This document shows positions 30,062-39,543 of a stretch of DNA of 64,000 nucleotides, one piece after another. Every line of letters starts with the position of its first letter. Position 1 is the first letter of the stretch. The position numbers and the translations under genes were made by a program. The notes beneath the pieces are model-generated. The model saw only the letters and a program-made list of their open reading frames with translations, had not been told where the DNA came from and did not search any database. Source of the stretch: Candidatus Hydrogenedentota bacterium (lineage in GTDB: Bacteria; Hydrogenedentota; Hydrogenedentia; Hydrogenedentales; SLHB01); NCBI GenBank assembly GCA_963745075.1, contig CAVUWV010000015.1, positions 64,001-128,000 on the forward strand. The letters are read 5' to 3'.

Positions 30062-30604
30062 ATGAGAAATGCACACGCCCATATCCTGCAAAACGTACGA
30101 ACCACAGACAACTGGACCGTGGCCTGTCTTGAAGCCACCGCCGTCGCGGGCGTCATCATGCTCGCCGCACTGGTCAAGATTCCCCTGCCGTGGACACCGG
30201 TGCCGGTGACGTTGCAGACTTTGCCCGTATTGGCTGCGGCTTACGTCGTGGGTAGAGAACGGGCGATGGCCGGAATTCTGCTGTACTTGGCGCTCGGTAT
30301 TGCCGGGGCGCCGCTGTTCGCCGTATCGTTCGGCGCCACGATGGGGTATCTCTTGGCCTTCGCCTTCGCGCCATACGTGACGACGGCCTTCAAACGACCC
30401 GCATTGGGAATGATAGCCGCCACCGCCGTCATCTACGCTTTGGGCACGACGTGGCTCTGCTTGTGGGCCGGTGTTGGCCTGTGGGCGGCGTTGGCGATGG
30501 GCGTGTTACCCTTCGTTCCTGCCGACGCAGTCAAGGCCGGCATGGCCTACCTCGTCGCCCGGCGCGCACAACCTACCGAGAAATCTACCCAGTCTCTCGC
30601 GTAA
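30062..30604 (+). CDS. bioY: Biotin transporter BioY
   Basis: IPLPWTPVPVTLQTL, YLALGIAGAPLF, TMGYLLAF, GVLPFVPADAVK motifs. Confidence 0.9.
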   Translation: MRNAHAHILQNVRTTDNWTVACLEATAVAGVIMLAALVKIPLPWTPVPVTLQTLPVLAAAYVVGRERAMAGILLYLALGIAGAPLFAVSFGATMGYLLAFAFAPYVTTAFKRPALGMIAATAVIYALGTTWLCLWAGVGLWAALAMGVLPFVPADAVKAGMAYLVARRAQPTEKSTQSLA

Positions 30605-30613
30605 TCCTACGCC

Positions 30614-31642
30614 CTAATCCAGCGTGATCGTGCGGCCTTCGCGGGCCGAGTCGTATACTGCCTGGATGACCTGCATGTATTTCATCCCGTCGTAGAAGTT
30701 TGGGTGGTATTCCTTGCCTTCGCGAATCGCGTCGATGAAATCCTGCTCGACTCGCCAGTTGGCGATGTCGTATTCCTCCTCGGTGTCGAGCGTTGCGCTG
30801 CCCATGTGTTCGCCCCGCGCAGCGCCGTAGAGGATGTCTTCATTGACTTCATACTGGAGCGTCCATTCGCTTCCGTGAATCGCTATTTGATCGGTTCCGT
30901 GATGCACGGCCGAACTGATGACATACTGAACGGGCGTTCCGCTCTCGAGGGTCGTGTTGAACAGGATCTGGTCTGGTATCTCGACCTTTACGCGGTCGCC
31001 GGTAGTGTCGGTCCGCTCCGGTACGAAGGTCTGCGTTATTGCGCTAACCGACCGTGTCCACCCAAACCAGCGGTGAATGACCTCGATGTACATGCCCAGG
31101 GTGTGCATGTTCAGGCCCGAGAGCCGGTGATCCTTGCGCCACGTCATGGACTCGTCCGGATTTGCAAACGCGCCGCTCATACTTTGCACCCGGATCAATC
31201 GCACGTCACCCAACCGGCCGCTGTTCACGTACTGTTGGATGGTCGAGTCCTTGGTCAGCCCGATGGGGACCGGGCAAAGCATCGCAACGCGTCCGGATCT
31301 TTCCGCAGCAGCGTACATTTCTTGTGCCTGCTGATAATCCATCGCCATCCGGGCCTGGCAAAACACATGCTTGCCGGAATTCAGCGCTGCGATGGACACA
31401 TCGCGGTGCATGTAGGGCCACGTGCCGACAAAGACCGCATCAAGGTCATCCCGCGCGATCAAATCCTCCCACGGATCGCAAACGTTGGGGATGTTCAACT
31501 CATTCGCGGCGCGTTCACCGGATTCCCGGCTGCGATTCGCAACGGCAACGATTTCGACGCCGGAAACGTTCCGAAGCCCCGGCACGTGCCGTTGCCGGCA
31601 GATGCCGCCCAATCCCACAAATCCGACCCGGATGGGGTTCAT
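30614..31642 (-). CDS. Gfo/Idh/MocA family oxidoreductase
   Basis: IRVGFVGLGGI Rossmann start, DLDAVFVGTWPYMH, GKHVFCQARMA. Confidence 0.9.
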   Translation of the reverse strand: MNPIRVGFVGLGGICRQRHVPGLRNVSGVEIVAVANRSRESGERAANELNIPNVCDPWEDLIARDDLDAVFVGTWPYMHRDVSIAALNSGKHVFCQARMAMDYQQAQEMYAAAERSGRVAMLCPVPIGLTKDSTIQQYVNSGRLGDVRLIRVQSMSGAFANPDESMTWRKDHRLSGLNMHTLGMYIEVIHRWFGWTRSVSAITQTFVPERTDTTGDRVKVEIPDQILFNTTLESGTPVQYVISSAVHHGTDQIAIHGSEWTLQYEVNEDILYGAARGEHMGSATLDTEEEYDIANWRVEQDFIDAIREGKEYHPNFYDGMKYMQVIQAVYDSAREGRTITLD

Positions 31643-31667
31643 TCCGACATGCTCCTCTGCGTTCTAA

Positions 31668-32486
31668 TCAGCCCCTGTCATTCTCATTATGTAGCAGAAA
31701 CTGCTGGAGTTGGGCCAGATTGTCCGTGTTGATGAGGTCGACGCCCGCTTTGCGCAAGGCCTTCCATAAGTCGTCCCGCGGCGGGATTCCCCAGAACCGC
31801 ACGATACACCCGGCATCGTGGGCCTTCTTAGTGATGTCATAAAGTTTCTCGTGGACCGCTTCCGGCATGGGGCCGGACCCGAACCAGTCGAAATGGCTGC
31901 GCCAGTTGTCGCTGATGAGCGGGATTAGATTGGCGTTGATCGGAGCATCCAGGTCGGAAAGGCGACCGTCAATTGCGGCGTACCGTTGCGCTTCCGCCGC
32001 AAGCACCGTTGTCGGCCGGTCGCCGGAGAGAATCACCGTGACGGCACCTTTTGTCGTGCTCGTCGGTGTGAAAGAGGTCAACATTTCCTGGTACTTGCTC
32101 AGAACGTCTCGCAATACGGCATAAACGGCTTCCGCGTCATCTTTGATATCGATCAGGAGGGTGAACTCGGGACCGTCGGGGTAAACGCGTCCGCCGTTTG
32201 CGCGAACCCGTTTCAGGAGCGGATCAAGGTACAGGGCTTGCAGCGTCCGCCCGGGATCCACGGCTTCGCGATTGTGGGCCACCAGGAGTTGCCCGTCTAC
32301 GAGATAAATGTCCGCCTCCACACTGCAAAACCCATGGTCCAGCGCATCCAACAGCGGCCGTTCGTGGTTGTAATCGTTGTGGGCGTGGGCATGTACCAGC
32401 GGCGTGACCGGCGTCTCGCCGAGCACCGGCGCAACGGTCGCACACAGGACCGAAAGGTAACCCAGAAGCTGGATACATATGCGCAT
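31668..32486 (-). CDS. Secreted PI-PLC/GDPD-like phosphodiesterase (AIM6-like)
   Basis: Signal peptide; HAHNDY, SVEADI, LLVAH, LLIDIK, GVDLINTD. Confidence 0.85.
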   Translation of the reverse strand: MRICIQLLGYLSVLCATVAPVLGETPVTPLVHAHAHNDYNHERPLLDALDHGFCSVEADIYLVDGQLLVAHNREAVDPGRTLQALYLDPLLKRVRANGGRVYPDGPEFTLLIDIKDDAEAVYAVLRDVLSKYQEMLTSFTPTSTTKGAVTVILSGDRPTTVLAAEAQRYAAIDGRLSDLDAPINANLIPLISDNWRSHFDWFGSGPMPEAVHEKLYDITKKAHDAGCIVRFWGIPPRDDLWKALRKAGVDLINTDNLAQLQQFLLHNENDRG

Positions 32487-32512
32487 GCTGAAGGTTCTCC
32501 TCGCAGCGCGTT

Positions 32513-32541
32513 AGACTACGGATCTCCCGAATACCTGTCAA
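32513..32541 (-). promoter_or_regulatory. Sigma-70-type promoter
   Basis: TTGACA-17 bp-TAGTCT upstream of the phosphodiesterase RBS. Confidence 0.65.
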
Positions 32542-32580
32542 ACGGATTCGTGCGGCGCAACGGGTGTCCGCAGGAAATAC

Positions 32581-32622
32581 AAAAAACCGATCGGACGGAT
32601 CCGTCAGATCCGTCCGATCGGT
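32581..32622 (-). terminator. Intrinsic terminator after pfp, built from a GATC 9-mer palindrome
   Basis: Perfect 16-bp stem ACCGATCGGACGGATC / GATCCGTCCGATCGGT followed on the minus strand by a T run. Confidence 0.75.
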
Positions 32623-32664
32623 CTGGAATTAGCTGCCTATTTGCCCACGCTACACGCCCTGGGG

Positions 32665-33879
32665 CTATTTCTTGTTCAACACCTTTACGACGCCGGGCGC
32701 GGCGATGCGCTCCATGACCGGCATGGAGCCGACCAGCGGACGCACATAGCTCTTAAACGCTTCCGTGACGCCGTTGCCGTCGGCGTTGAGGAATTCATCC
32801 GGCATTTCCGTAGCTTCCCGGGCAACGTCCTTCAGGTCGGCCAGGAAGTACTCGACAGCGTAGTCGCCGATGCGGCGAATGCAAACCGAGCCGTCACGGT
32901 GGTGCCAAATCGCGTATTGAGCGGCCTTCTCGCCGACTTCCCGCGCCTCGTTCTGATCGACCGTGCTCACGCAGCCGAGGAAACTCCGCTGCAAGTAGCC
33001 GAGCGTATCGGCGCGCACGCGCTTGATGTCGGTGCCTTCTTTGACCCAGGAGCTGAGCAGGTCGCCGAGGGCGCCCGTACCGGAAAGCTGCACGTTGCCG
33101 TGCGAATCCTGCTCCTTCGTGAATTCCGCCGCGATGGCCTTGCCGCTTGGTCCCACAATGCCTTCCGACGCCGCGACGATGCAGCGGCCATTCTTCTCGT
33201 AGGCGGTCTTCACGTCGGCGATGAACTTGTCCTTCGTCAGTGAACGCTCAGGCACGTAGACGAGGTGCGGACCATCGTCCGGATATTTCTTGGCGAGGCA
33301 GGACGCGGCGGTCAGGAAGCCCGCGTGTCGCCCCATGACCACCCCGATGTACACGCCCGGCAGGGCCCGGTTGTCCAGATTCACGCCCGCAAACGCTTGC
33401 GCGACAAATTTTGCCGCGGAACCATAGCCCGGGCAGTGGTCCGTGACCTTCAGGTCGTTGTCGATGGTTTTCGGGATGTGAATGACCCGCAGTTCATAGC
33501 CTTCCTTGTCCGCTTCTTCGTTCACGATGCGGCAGGTATCGGCGCTGTCGTTTCCGCCGATGTAGAAGAAATACCGGACGTCGTGGGCTTTGCAGACCTT
33601 GAAGATTTCCTGGCAATACTCGAGGGTCGGTTTATCGCGCGTCGACAGCAGGCCCGACGAAGGCGTCTGGGCAACCGCTTCGAGGTTGTGGGTGGTCGCT
33701 TCCGTGAGGTCCAGAAAGTCCTCGTCCACGATGCCGCGGATGCCGTGCTGCGCACCGTATACGCGGGTGACCTGCGAAAATTTACGCGACTCCAACACCG
33801 CCCCGACGAAACTCTGATTGATGACTGCGGTGGGTCCGCCCCCTTGCGCCACCAGTACCTTTCCTTCCAACTTCGACAT
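32665..33879 (-). CDS. pfp: 6-phosphofructokinase, probably PPi-dependent
   Basis: QGGGPTAVIN, GGNDS (Asp at the phosphoryl-donor position), PKTIDND, MGRHAG. Confidence 0.88.
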   Translation of the reverse strand: MSKLEGKVLVAQGGGPTAVINQSFVGAVLESRKFSQVTRVYGAQHGIRGIVDEDFLDLTEATTHNLEAVAQTPSSGLLSTRDKPTLEYCQEIFKVCKAHDVRYFFYIGGNDSADTCRIVNEEADKEGYELRVIHIPKTIDNDLKVTDHCPGYGSAAKFVAQAFAGVNLDNRALPGVYIGVVMGRHAGFLTAASCLAKKYPDDGPHLVYVPERSLTKDKFIADVKTAYEKNGRCIVAASEGIVGPSGKAIAAEFTKEQDSHGNVQLSGTGALGDLLSSWVKEGTDIKRVRADTLGYLQRSFLGCVSTVDQNEAREVGEKAAQYAIWHHRDGSVCIRRIGDYAVEYFLADLKDVAREATEMPDEFLNADGNGVTEAFKSYVRPLVGSMPVMERIAAPGVVKVLNKK

Positions 33880-34315
33880 GGTCCTTTTTCCTCCATCGGC
33901 TTTCGCCGTCGCTATCCGGGAATTCAAGGCGCCAGGCACATTTCCCCCAACGAATGATTACCGGCTTGGGATTGATTGCGTCTCCGATCAATACACCGGA
34001 TGAGAATGAATCGCCTGATTATACACGGGGGATACGGGCGCTTTCCACGCGCGGCCCCCTCGTATGCCGCCAATGGGCATGAATTGCGGTCAAGTCAGAG
34101 GCGTGTTTTGCCGATGGATATGATATAATCGAACATGCAATAAGAATACCGTAAAAACCGCCGATAACAGCGAGGCACTGTAAGGAATTTCAGCAATTGG
34201 GAGTAAGCCGCGCGGGGTCGGTGTTGGTAAAGACGGAAGACAGTTTAGCCGCGGATGCCGGCCGCAGCCCGTTCAGATTCAACCCACGGACGGCCGGTGG
34301 AATGGACGGAACGTC

Positions 34316-35020
34316 ATGAAAGTCGAACTTCATTGCCACACGGACACCTATTCCCCCTGCTCGCGGATTCCCCCGCGCGAATTGGTCGCGATGGCGGATG
34401 CCGCCGGATATGACGCCATTTTCATCACGGATCATGGCAAGGTCTGGTCTCCGGCGGATTTGGCCGCCCTTCGTGAGTTGAGCGACCGATTGCGGGTCTT
34501 TCCGGGAATCGAGATTTCGTTCCCCAATGGGCGGGATCTCCTCGTTCTGGGGGCCGACAGCCCCATCTACGAATCGCTTCAGACCCCGAGCGAAGTGTTT
34601 GCACAGGCCTGCGCCGATGGGTATCTGACGGTCATCGCCCATCCTTACCGGTGGCATGACGACATGCCGGATTACTTCACGCTCGCCGACGCCGCGGAAA
34701 TCCTGACCTGCAACCACCCCGACGAGGATATGGCGGAACGCGCTCGTACCTACGTGGACGAGAATCGGATGGCCGGTGTTTATTCGTCCGACGCGCATGG
34801 GCTGAACTTCATGAACAAGTTCTGGATCGAGACCGAAGAGTCCTTCGATACCCCACAGGAATTCCGGCGGATCATCGTCTCCGGTCGCTTCAAGAATCGG
34901 AGCCGCGAAATTGTGGAACCGCTTCCGCCGAATCACAAGGCCGCCGTCTTTGGCGAACTCTCCGAAGCGGACATGATGGCCCTCTACGTGCAGCCGACAC
35001 AGGAACCCACCAGCTTTTAA
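34316..35020 (+). CDS. PHP domain protein
   Basis: ELHCHT, ITDH, GIEI, AHPYR, SSDAH motifs. Confidence 0.9.
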   Translation: MKVELHCHTDTYSPCSRIPPRELVAMADAAGYDAIFITDHGKVWSPADLAALRELSDRLRVFPGIEISFPNGRDLLVLGADSPIYESLQTPSEVFAQACADGYLTVIAHPYRWHDDMPDYFTLADAAEILTCNHPDEDMAERARTYVDENRMAGVYSSDAHGLNFMNKFWIETEESFDTPQEFRRIIVSGRFKNRSREIVEPLPPNHKAAVFGELSEADMMALYVQPTQEPTSF

Positions 35021-36273
35021 TTGCGTTTGCTGGTCACCTGTTCCTCATACGCGAGCACGTCGTCTATCCACTTGCCGCCAGGCGGAACGCCCAGGGATTC
35101 GCAGTAGTAATCCCACACCGCGCCGAACGGCAAAGCCTTGCACGTCTCCAGAAGCGCCATGCGCTTGAAATGGTTCCCACCTTCTTCCGCATCGAGCAAT
35201 AGCGCACGGGGCTCAAGCAACGCCAACAACAGCCCCTGCAACGTGGCCCGAGTGCCCGTGACGTAGGCACCGATACGGTTGATGCTGGCATCGAAGAAAT
35301 CGAGCGCGATGTAGATGCGCTTGTCCACCCCGCAGCGGACGATTTCCTGGGTAAGGTCTCGAATTGGGTCATCGAGCAGTACGACGTGATCGCTGTCCCA
35401 CCGAATGGGCCGGCTGACGTGGAGCAGCAATTCGTCCATGAACTGAAGCATCGCGGAGACCTTGTCGGCGACCGATTCCGTGGGGTGGAAGTGGCCCATG
35501 TCCACACAGAGCAACTTCCCCCGCGAGAGGGTGTACCCCAGATAGAACTCGTGGGAACCCACGACGAACCACTCGCTGCCGATGCCGAAAAGCTTCGATT
35601 CCACCGAGTCCTTCAAGAGCGCGGCGTCGTGCGACGGGGCAAAACAGGCATCCAGCGAGTCTGCGAGGATGCGGCGGTATCCGGCCCGGTCCACGGTGAA
35701 GTCTTTGGCCCCGTCCGGAATCCAGACGTTGTGGATGCAGGTGTCGTTCAGTTGCCGCCCCATTTCCTCGCCGATTTCCCGGCAGCGCTTCACATGTTCG
35801 ATCCAAAAATCGCGTATGCCCTTGTCCTTGCTGCTCAGGGTATAGCCGGAATCCGCTTTGGGGTGGGAGAAGCACGTCGAATTGAAGTCGAGCTTGATGT
35901 CTTGCGCCTTGGCCCAGTCGATCCAGCCTTGGAATTGCCCGATGCCGATGGCGTCCCGATCGACAAACGTGTCGAACTCTCCGTAACTGGCATGCAGGTT
36001 CAACCGGTGTTTCCCCGGCAGCAGTGAAAGCGCCTTCTCATAATCCTGCCGCGCCTCGGCTACATTTCGAGCCTTCCCCGGGTAGTTGCCTGTCGCCTGG
36101 ATGCCGCCTCCCCCAAGGGCCGCATTGGGCCGTTCAAAACCGCCCACATCGTCGGCCTGCCAGCAATGAAGCGATATGGAATACGTTTTAAGCGCTTCGA
36201 TCGCCTTCTCGGTGTCCACGCCGAACCCGGCATATTGTTCCTTGGCGATACGGTATGCTTCTTCACTCTTCAT
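35017..36273 (-). CDS. rhaA: L-rhamnose isomerase
   Basis: ISLHCWQADDVGGFE, GIQATGNYPGKAR, ESKLFGIG, GHFHPTE, HVSRPIRWDSDHV, LDFFDASINR. Confidence 0.96.
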   Translation of the reverse strand: MKSEEAYRIAKEQYAGFGVDTEKAIEALKTYSISLHCWQADDVGGFERPNAALGGGGIQATGNYPGKARNVAEARQDYEKALSLLPGKHRLNLHASYGEFDTFVDRDAIGIGQFQGWIDWAKAQDIKLDFNSTCFSHPKADSGYTLSSKDKGIRDFWIEHVKRCREIGEEMGRQLNDTCIHNVWIPDGAKDFTVDRAGYRRILADSLDACFAPSHDAALLKDSVESKLFGIGSEWFVVGSHEFYLGYTLSRGKLLCVDMGHFHPTESVADKVSAMLQFMDELLLHVSRPIRWDSDHVVLLDDPIRDLTQEIVRCGVDKRIYIALDFFDASINRIGAYVTGTRATLQGLLLALLEPRALLLDAEEGGNHFKRMALLETCKALPFGAVWDYYCESLGVPPGGKWIDDVLAYEEQVTSKRN

Positions 36274-36297
36274 GGAACGACTCCCCTGCGGCCCGCG

Positions 36298-36471
36298 CTA
36301 ATGTGCTTTGCGTTTCATCCAGAATGGCGCCGTGACAAACCAAAGCACGGTCGCCGCGAACATCCAGTGCTTGCACGTGGCCAATTCCATTTTCTGCAGG
36401 TAGACACCTACCGGCGCGACGACGAGTATCGCCAGCGCCACAACCGAGATTATGACGAGAACGGATTTCAT
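36298..36471 (-). CDS. Small 57-aa two-TM membrane protein (not in ORF track)
   Basis: MKSVLVIISVVALAILVVAPVGVYLQKMELATCKHWMFAATVLWFVTAPFWMKRKAH; ATGA overlap with permease stop; AAGGAG RBS. Confidence 0.8.
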   Translation of the reverse strand: MKSVLVIISVVALAILVVAPVGVYLQKMELATCKHWMFAATVLWFVTAPFWMKRKAH

Positions 36472-37880
36472 GACGTTGCTCCTTCAAGCGCTGTGGATTT
36501 CTGGTACAGCTTGCTCAGCACGATGTAGAGCGCGGCGGCGATGAACCAGCCGGGCAGGCCCAGGAAGAAAATCTCGATGCCCACGAACTTGTTCAGGGCC
36601 ACGCACAATCCGAGTGTCACGAACCAGGTGAGACCGGCCGCCCAGTTGAACGCGATGCGCGCCTTTTCGGCATAGAACTCGTGAAAGCCGAATTTCCCGG
36701 CGAAATAATGATCGATGAACACAATCGCACCCATGGGCATCAGGATAAGCCCGTAGAGCGCCACGAAGTCCAACAGTTTCATGACCAACGCGGGGAAACA
36801 CGCTCCCAGTGTGGCCACGAGCCCCGCCGCCATCGTCACTTTGAAGCGCGACCATTTGGGGCGAACGCCCTGAAACGCGAGACCGGCTCGATAAATGGTC
36901 GGATTCGCCGTGGTCCAGCCCGCTACGATGACGCAAATGACGCCCGTCAGCCCCGCGATCTTGAATGCCATCGGTCCCGGTGCCACTCCCGTGTCCGTGG
37001 GATCCGCATTGAGCTGGATTGCGTAGAGCAAACCGGCGGCAATCCAGGCCATGTAGTGGCCCAGATACATGCCCGCGGCCGACGACAAACCGTAGCGGGC
37101 CTTCTTCGCATACCGGAATATCGTGAGGTCCGACATGCCGATGTGCATGGCCATGTTGCAGAACCACGCAAAGAACATGACGTGTAAGAACGTGAATTGG
37201 GTTTGCCCCTCCACCGGTACGCCCGTCCAGACCTTCTGGCTCGCCACCGTATAGAAGTCGCCGAGCGAGTGAATGCCGAGTTCCGGCAGCGCCGCGACGC
37301 CGCAGGCCAGGAACACGAGCACCATCCAGGGCGCCGCAATGTTTGCGACGTGGGCAACCGTGTCGTATCCATACGCTGCGACCAGCGATATCACCGCGCC
37401 CACTGCGAACACCGCAATGATCCAGCCGATGCTATTGGGAAGCATGTCGCTGAGCCCCGGCATGGGCATGTTGAAGGGAATTCCAACCGCCGTGGCAGAC
37501 ACGGAAATCATGGCGCCGGCCAGGAAGCAGAACAGCACGCCATTGGCCAGGTTGTACAGATCCACCAGGCGAGGACCGCAAATCTTTTCGAGTTGATAGT
37601 AGAGGGTCAACCGCTTTTTTACCGCGATGGGCGCGCACAAAAACGTCCAACTTAGTACCGCGAGCAGGTTGCCGACCAGCAGCCCGCCCAGCACATCGAA
37701 CACACTTACACCGTGCGCCACAAAGAGCGGTCCGATCATGAACTCTGTGCCGGCGGCGTGCTCTCCGGCGTACATCCCGATGAAACTGCGCCACCCCTTG
37801 GTTTGGCTCTCCGGAACCGGTTCGCGTTCAAACTCGCCGCCGGCCGGCTCTTCGGGAGCAGGTCTTGTTTCCTCTGCCAT
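36468..37880 (-). CDS. NCS1/purine-cytosine permease-like transporter
   Basis: About 12 TM; EFEREPVP, AGEHAAGTEFMIGP, AGWTTANPTIYRAGLA. Confidence 0.8.
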   Translation of the reverse strand: MAEETRPAPEEPAGGEFEREPVPESQTKGWRSFIGMYAGEHAAGTEFMIGPLFVAHGVSVFDVLGGLLVGNLLAVLSWTFLCAPIAVKKRLTLYYQLEKICGPRLVDLYNLANGVLFCFLAGAMISVSATAVGIPFNMPMPGLSDMLPNSIGWIIAVFAVGAVISLVAAYGYDTVAHVANIAAPWMVLVFLACGVAALPELGIHSLGDFYTVASQKVWTGVPVEGQTQFTFLHVMFFAWFCNMAMHIGMSDLTIFRYAKKARYGLSSAAGMYLGHYMAWIAAGLLYAIQLNADPTDTGVAPGPMAFKIAGLTGVICVIVAGWTTANPTIYRAGLAFQGVRPKWSRFKVTMAAGLVATLGACFPALVMKLLDFVALYGLILMPMGAIVFIDHYFAGKFGFHEFYAEKARIAFNWAAGLTWFVTLGLCVALNKFVGIEIFFLGLPGWFIAAALYIVLSKLYQKSTALEGATS

Positions 37881-38220
37881 GGTTCTCCTCCCCTGCCGCA
37901 GTCACGCGGCAATCTCCTCGCTGGTAAGCCGCCGAGTATACCCCCTTGGTCTGCCCGCGGATCGTGCAATGAAACGCCAATCCGCGTGCTACGCCCAGCG
38001 GCGGTCTCGTGGGGCAGCCTTGGATGGTTCCGCCGTGATAACGCCCGGGATTGTGCCTCGCAGTGGCGGCGGTCCGTCGCAGTCCTTCCGAGCGGAAATC
38101 GAACCGAATAGGGCTCTCCCCATGGCGTTGAATCATAGAGCGACAGCGCCAACGGTTCAACCAGGCGATTGCGGATCTCGGAAGGTGAAATAAAGAAAGG
38201 GTCTACTCAGCCCCTGGGCC

Positions 38221-38420
38221 GGAATTCTCACACGCACCGGACGTTGGATCTGTAACCCCAATCCGCTCGGGGGTTTCACATGTCGATCCGAACTCTTTGG
38301 GTTCACAGAGCGCGTGTGACAATTCCTCAAGAGTGAGCCGACGGTTTTTCTCGAAAGCATTTCTCACCGCACCCACGGTACCGGTCTGCAAGACGACGTT
38401 TTTCGGGCGGTGAGAAATGC
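38221..38420. repeat. Two adjacent long-range inverted repeats with related arms
   Basis: GGAATTCTCACACGC 38221-38235 / GCGTGTGACAATTCC 38312-38326 (14/15); GCATTTCTCACCGC 38357-38370 / GCGGTGAGAAATGC 38407-38420 (14/14). Confidence 0.75.
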
Positions 38421-38538
38421 GGACTTGGCCGGATCTCCCGAAGCTTTCCCTAACACGGCGTTCACGTCGAATTACACGTGAAAATGCGAGCGAACTGCCG
38501 AGTGCGGCCGCGAACTCCTCGTGACGTTGAATCGCGCG

Positions 38539-39540
38539 CTAATTCGTCACCAGCGCCACATCCGCGTACTTGGCGAGTTCCCGTTCGCGGAGGCCCTTGA
38601 ACGTCGCGTAGTCCTCTTCGGTGAGCGGTTTGGGCGTCGAGAAGCTGGCGTTATCCTTCTTCATCGCGCGGTGGTACGGTTTGACCGGGTACCCTTGTTC
38701 GGCGGCGTACCGCTTCAACCACTCCACGGGCGCTGTGCTCACGTCGCACAGGAAGTTCAGGGACCGCTGCGCCTCGATGGCGCCGGACCGGTCGTCCGCT
38801 ACAAAGTAATCCTGCACCGCCTTCACGATGATCGGATTCACGGTACATCCCTGCCCGATACACGCCTTGGCGCCGGCGTACAGCGCGGGCAGAAACGAGG
38901 TTTCGGCGCCGGCAATCATCCCGATGTCTTTGTCTTTGACGGCGTAGTAAATGTCGTAAATGTATTTGGCATCGTCGGTGGAGAGTTTCATCCCCTGGAC
39001 GTTGGGCAGGTCGGCCAGCTTGGCCACCAGGTCCATGTCCACCCAGTAGTCCCGGTGCGTATTACCGGGTTGGTAGATGAAAATCGGGATGTTCACAGCG
39101 GAATTGACGGTCTCGAAGTAGCGGAGCGTGACGTCTGCCTCCGTTTCACCATCGTTCGGAAGAATCGCCTCCGGCATCGTGTGCACGACTCCCGACGCGC
39201 CCGCGTCTTCGGCGTGTTTGCTCAGCTCGACGGCCTGCTGCGTGAACACTGCCGGGTCGGGGCGTTTGCCGTAATTCTTGTCCCAGATGCCCGCCGTGCC
39301 GACCAGAACCGGCGCTTTGCCGTTGAGGTGCGCACATGCCACGTCCGCCATCGCGACGACGTCTTCGTATTCAAACGCGTACATCTGGCCCATGCCGGAC
39401 CGCACAAAATACGCGCTGATTCCTCCGGAACCCATAAGAAAGTCGAGCAACGCATGCTGACCGTCGGGGTCAAACCGGCCGTCTTCGTGCCACGCGGTAA
39501 ACACATTGGAAATCGCACCGTAGACATACTTCGGGGTCAT
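38539..39540 (-). CDS. DHDPS/N-acetylneuraminate lyase family class I aldolase
   Basis: FTAWHEDGRFD start, SGMGQM, IPIFIYQP, NVQGMKLS with Schiff-base Lys. Confidence 0.85.
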   Translation of the reverse strand: MTPKYVYGAISNVFTAWHEDGRFDPDGQHALLDFLMGSGGISAYFVRSGMGQMYAFEYEDVVAMADVACAHLNGKAPVLVGTAGIWDKNYGKRPDPAVFTQQAVELSKHAEDAGASGVVHTMPEAILPNDGETEADVTLRYFETVNSAVNIPIFIYQPGNTHRDYWVDMDLVAKLADLPNVQGMKLSTDDAKYIYDIYYAVKDKDIGMIAGAETSFLPALYAGAKACIGQGCTVNPIIVKAVQDYFVADDRSGAIEAQRSLNFLCDVSTAPVEWLKRYAAEQGYPVKPYHRAMKKDNASFSTPKPLTEEDYATFKGLRERELAKYADVALVTN

Positions 39541-39543
39541 CGA

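Noticed and set aside
36263..36487. 74-aa ORF from the track between the permease and rhaA
   Set aside because: Wrong frame; the overlapping 57-aa frame has an RBS, ATGA coupling and a membrane-protein profile
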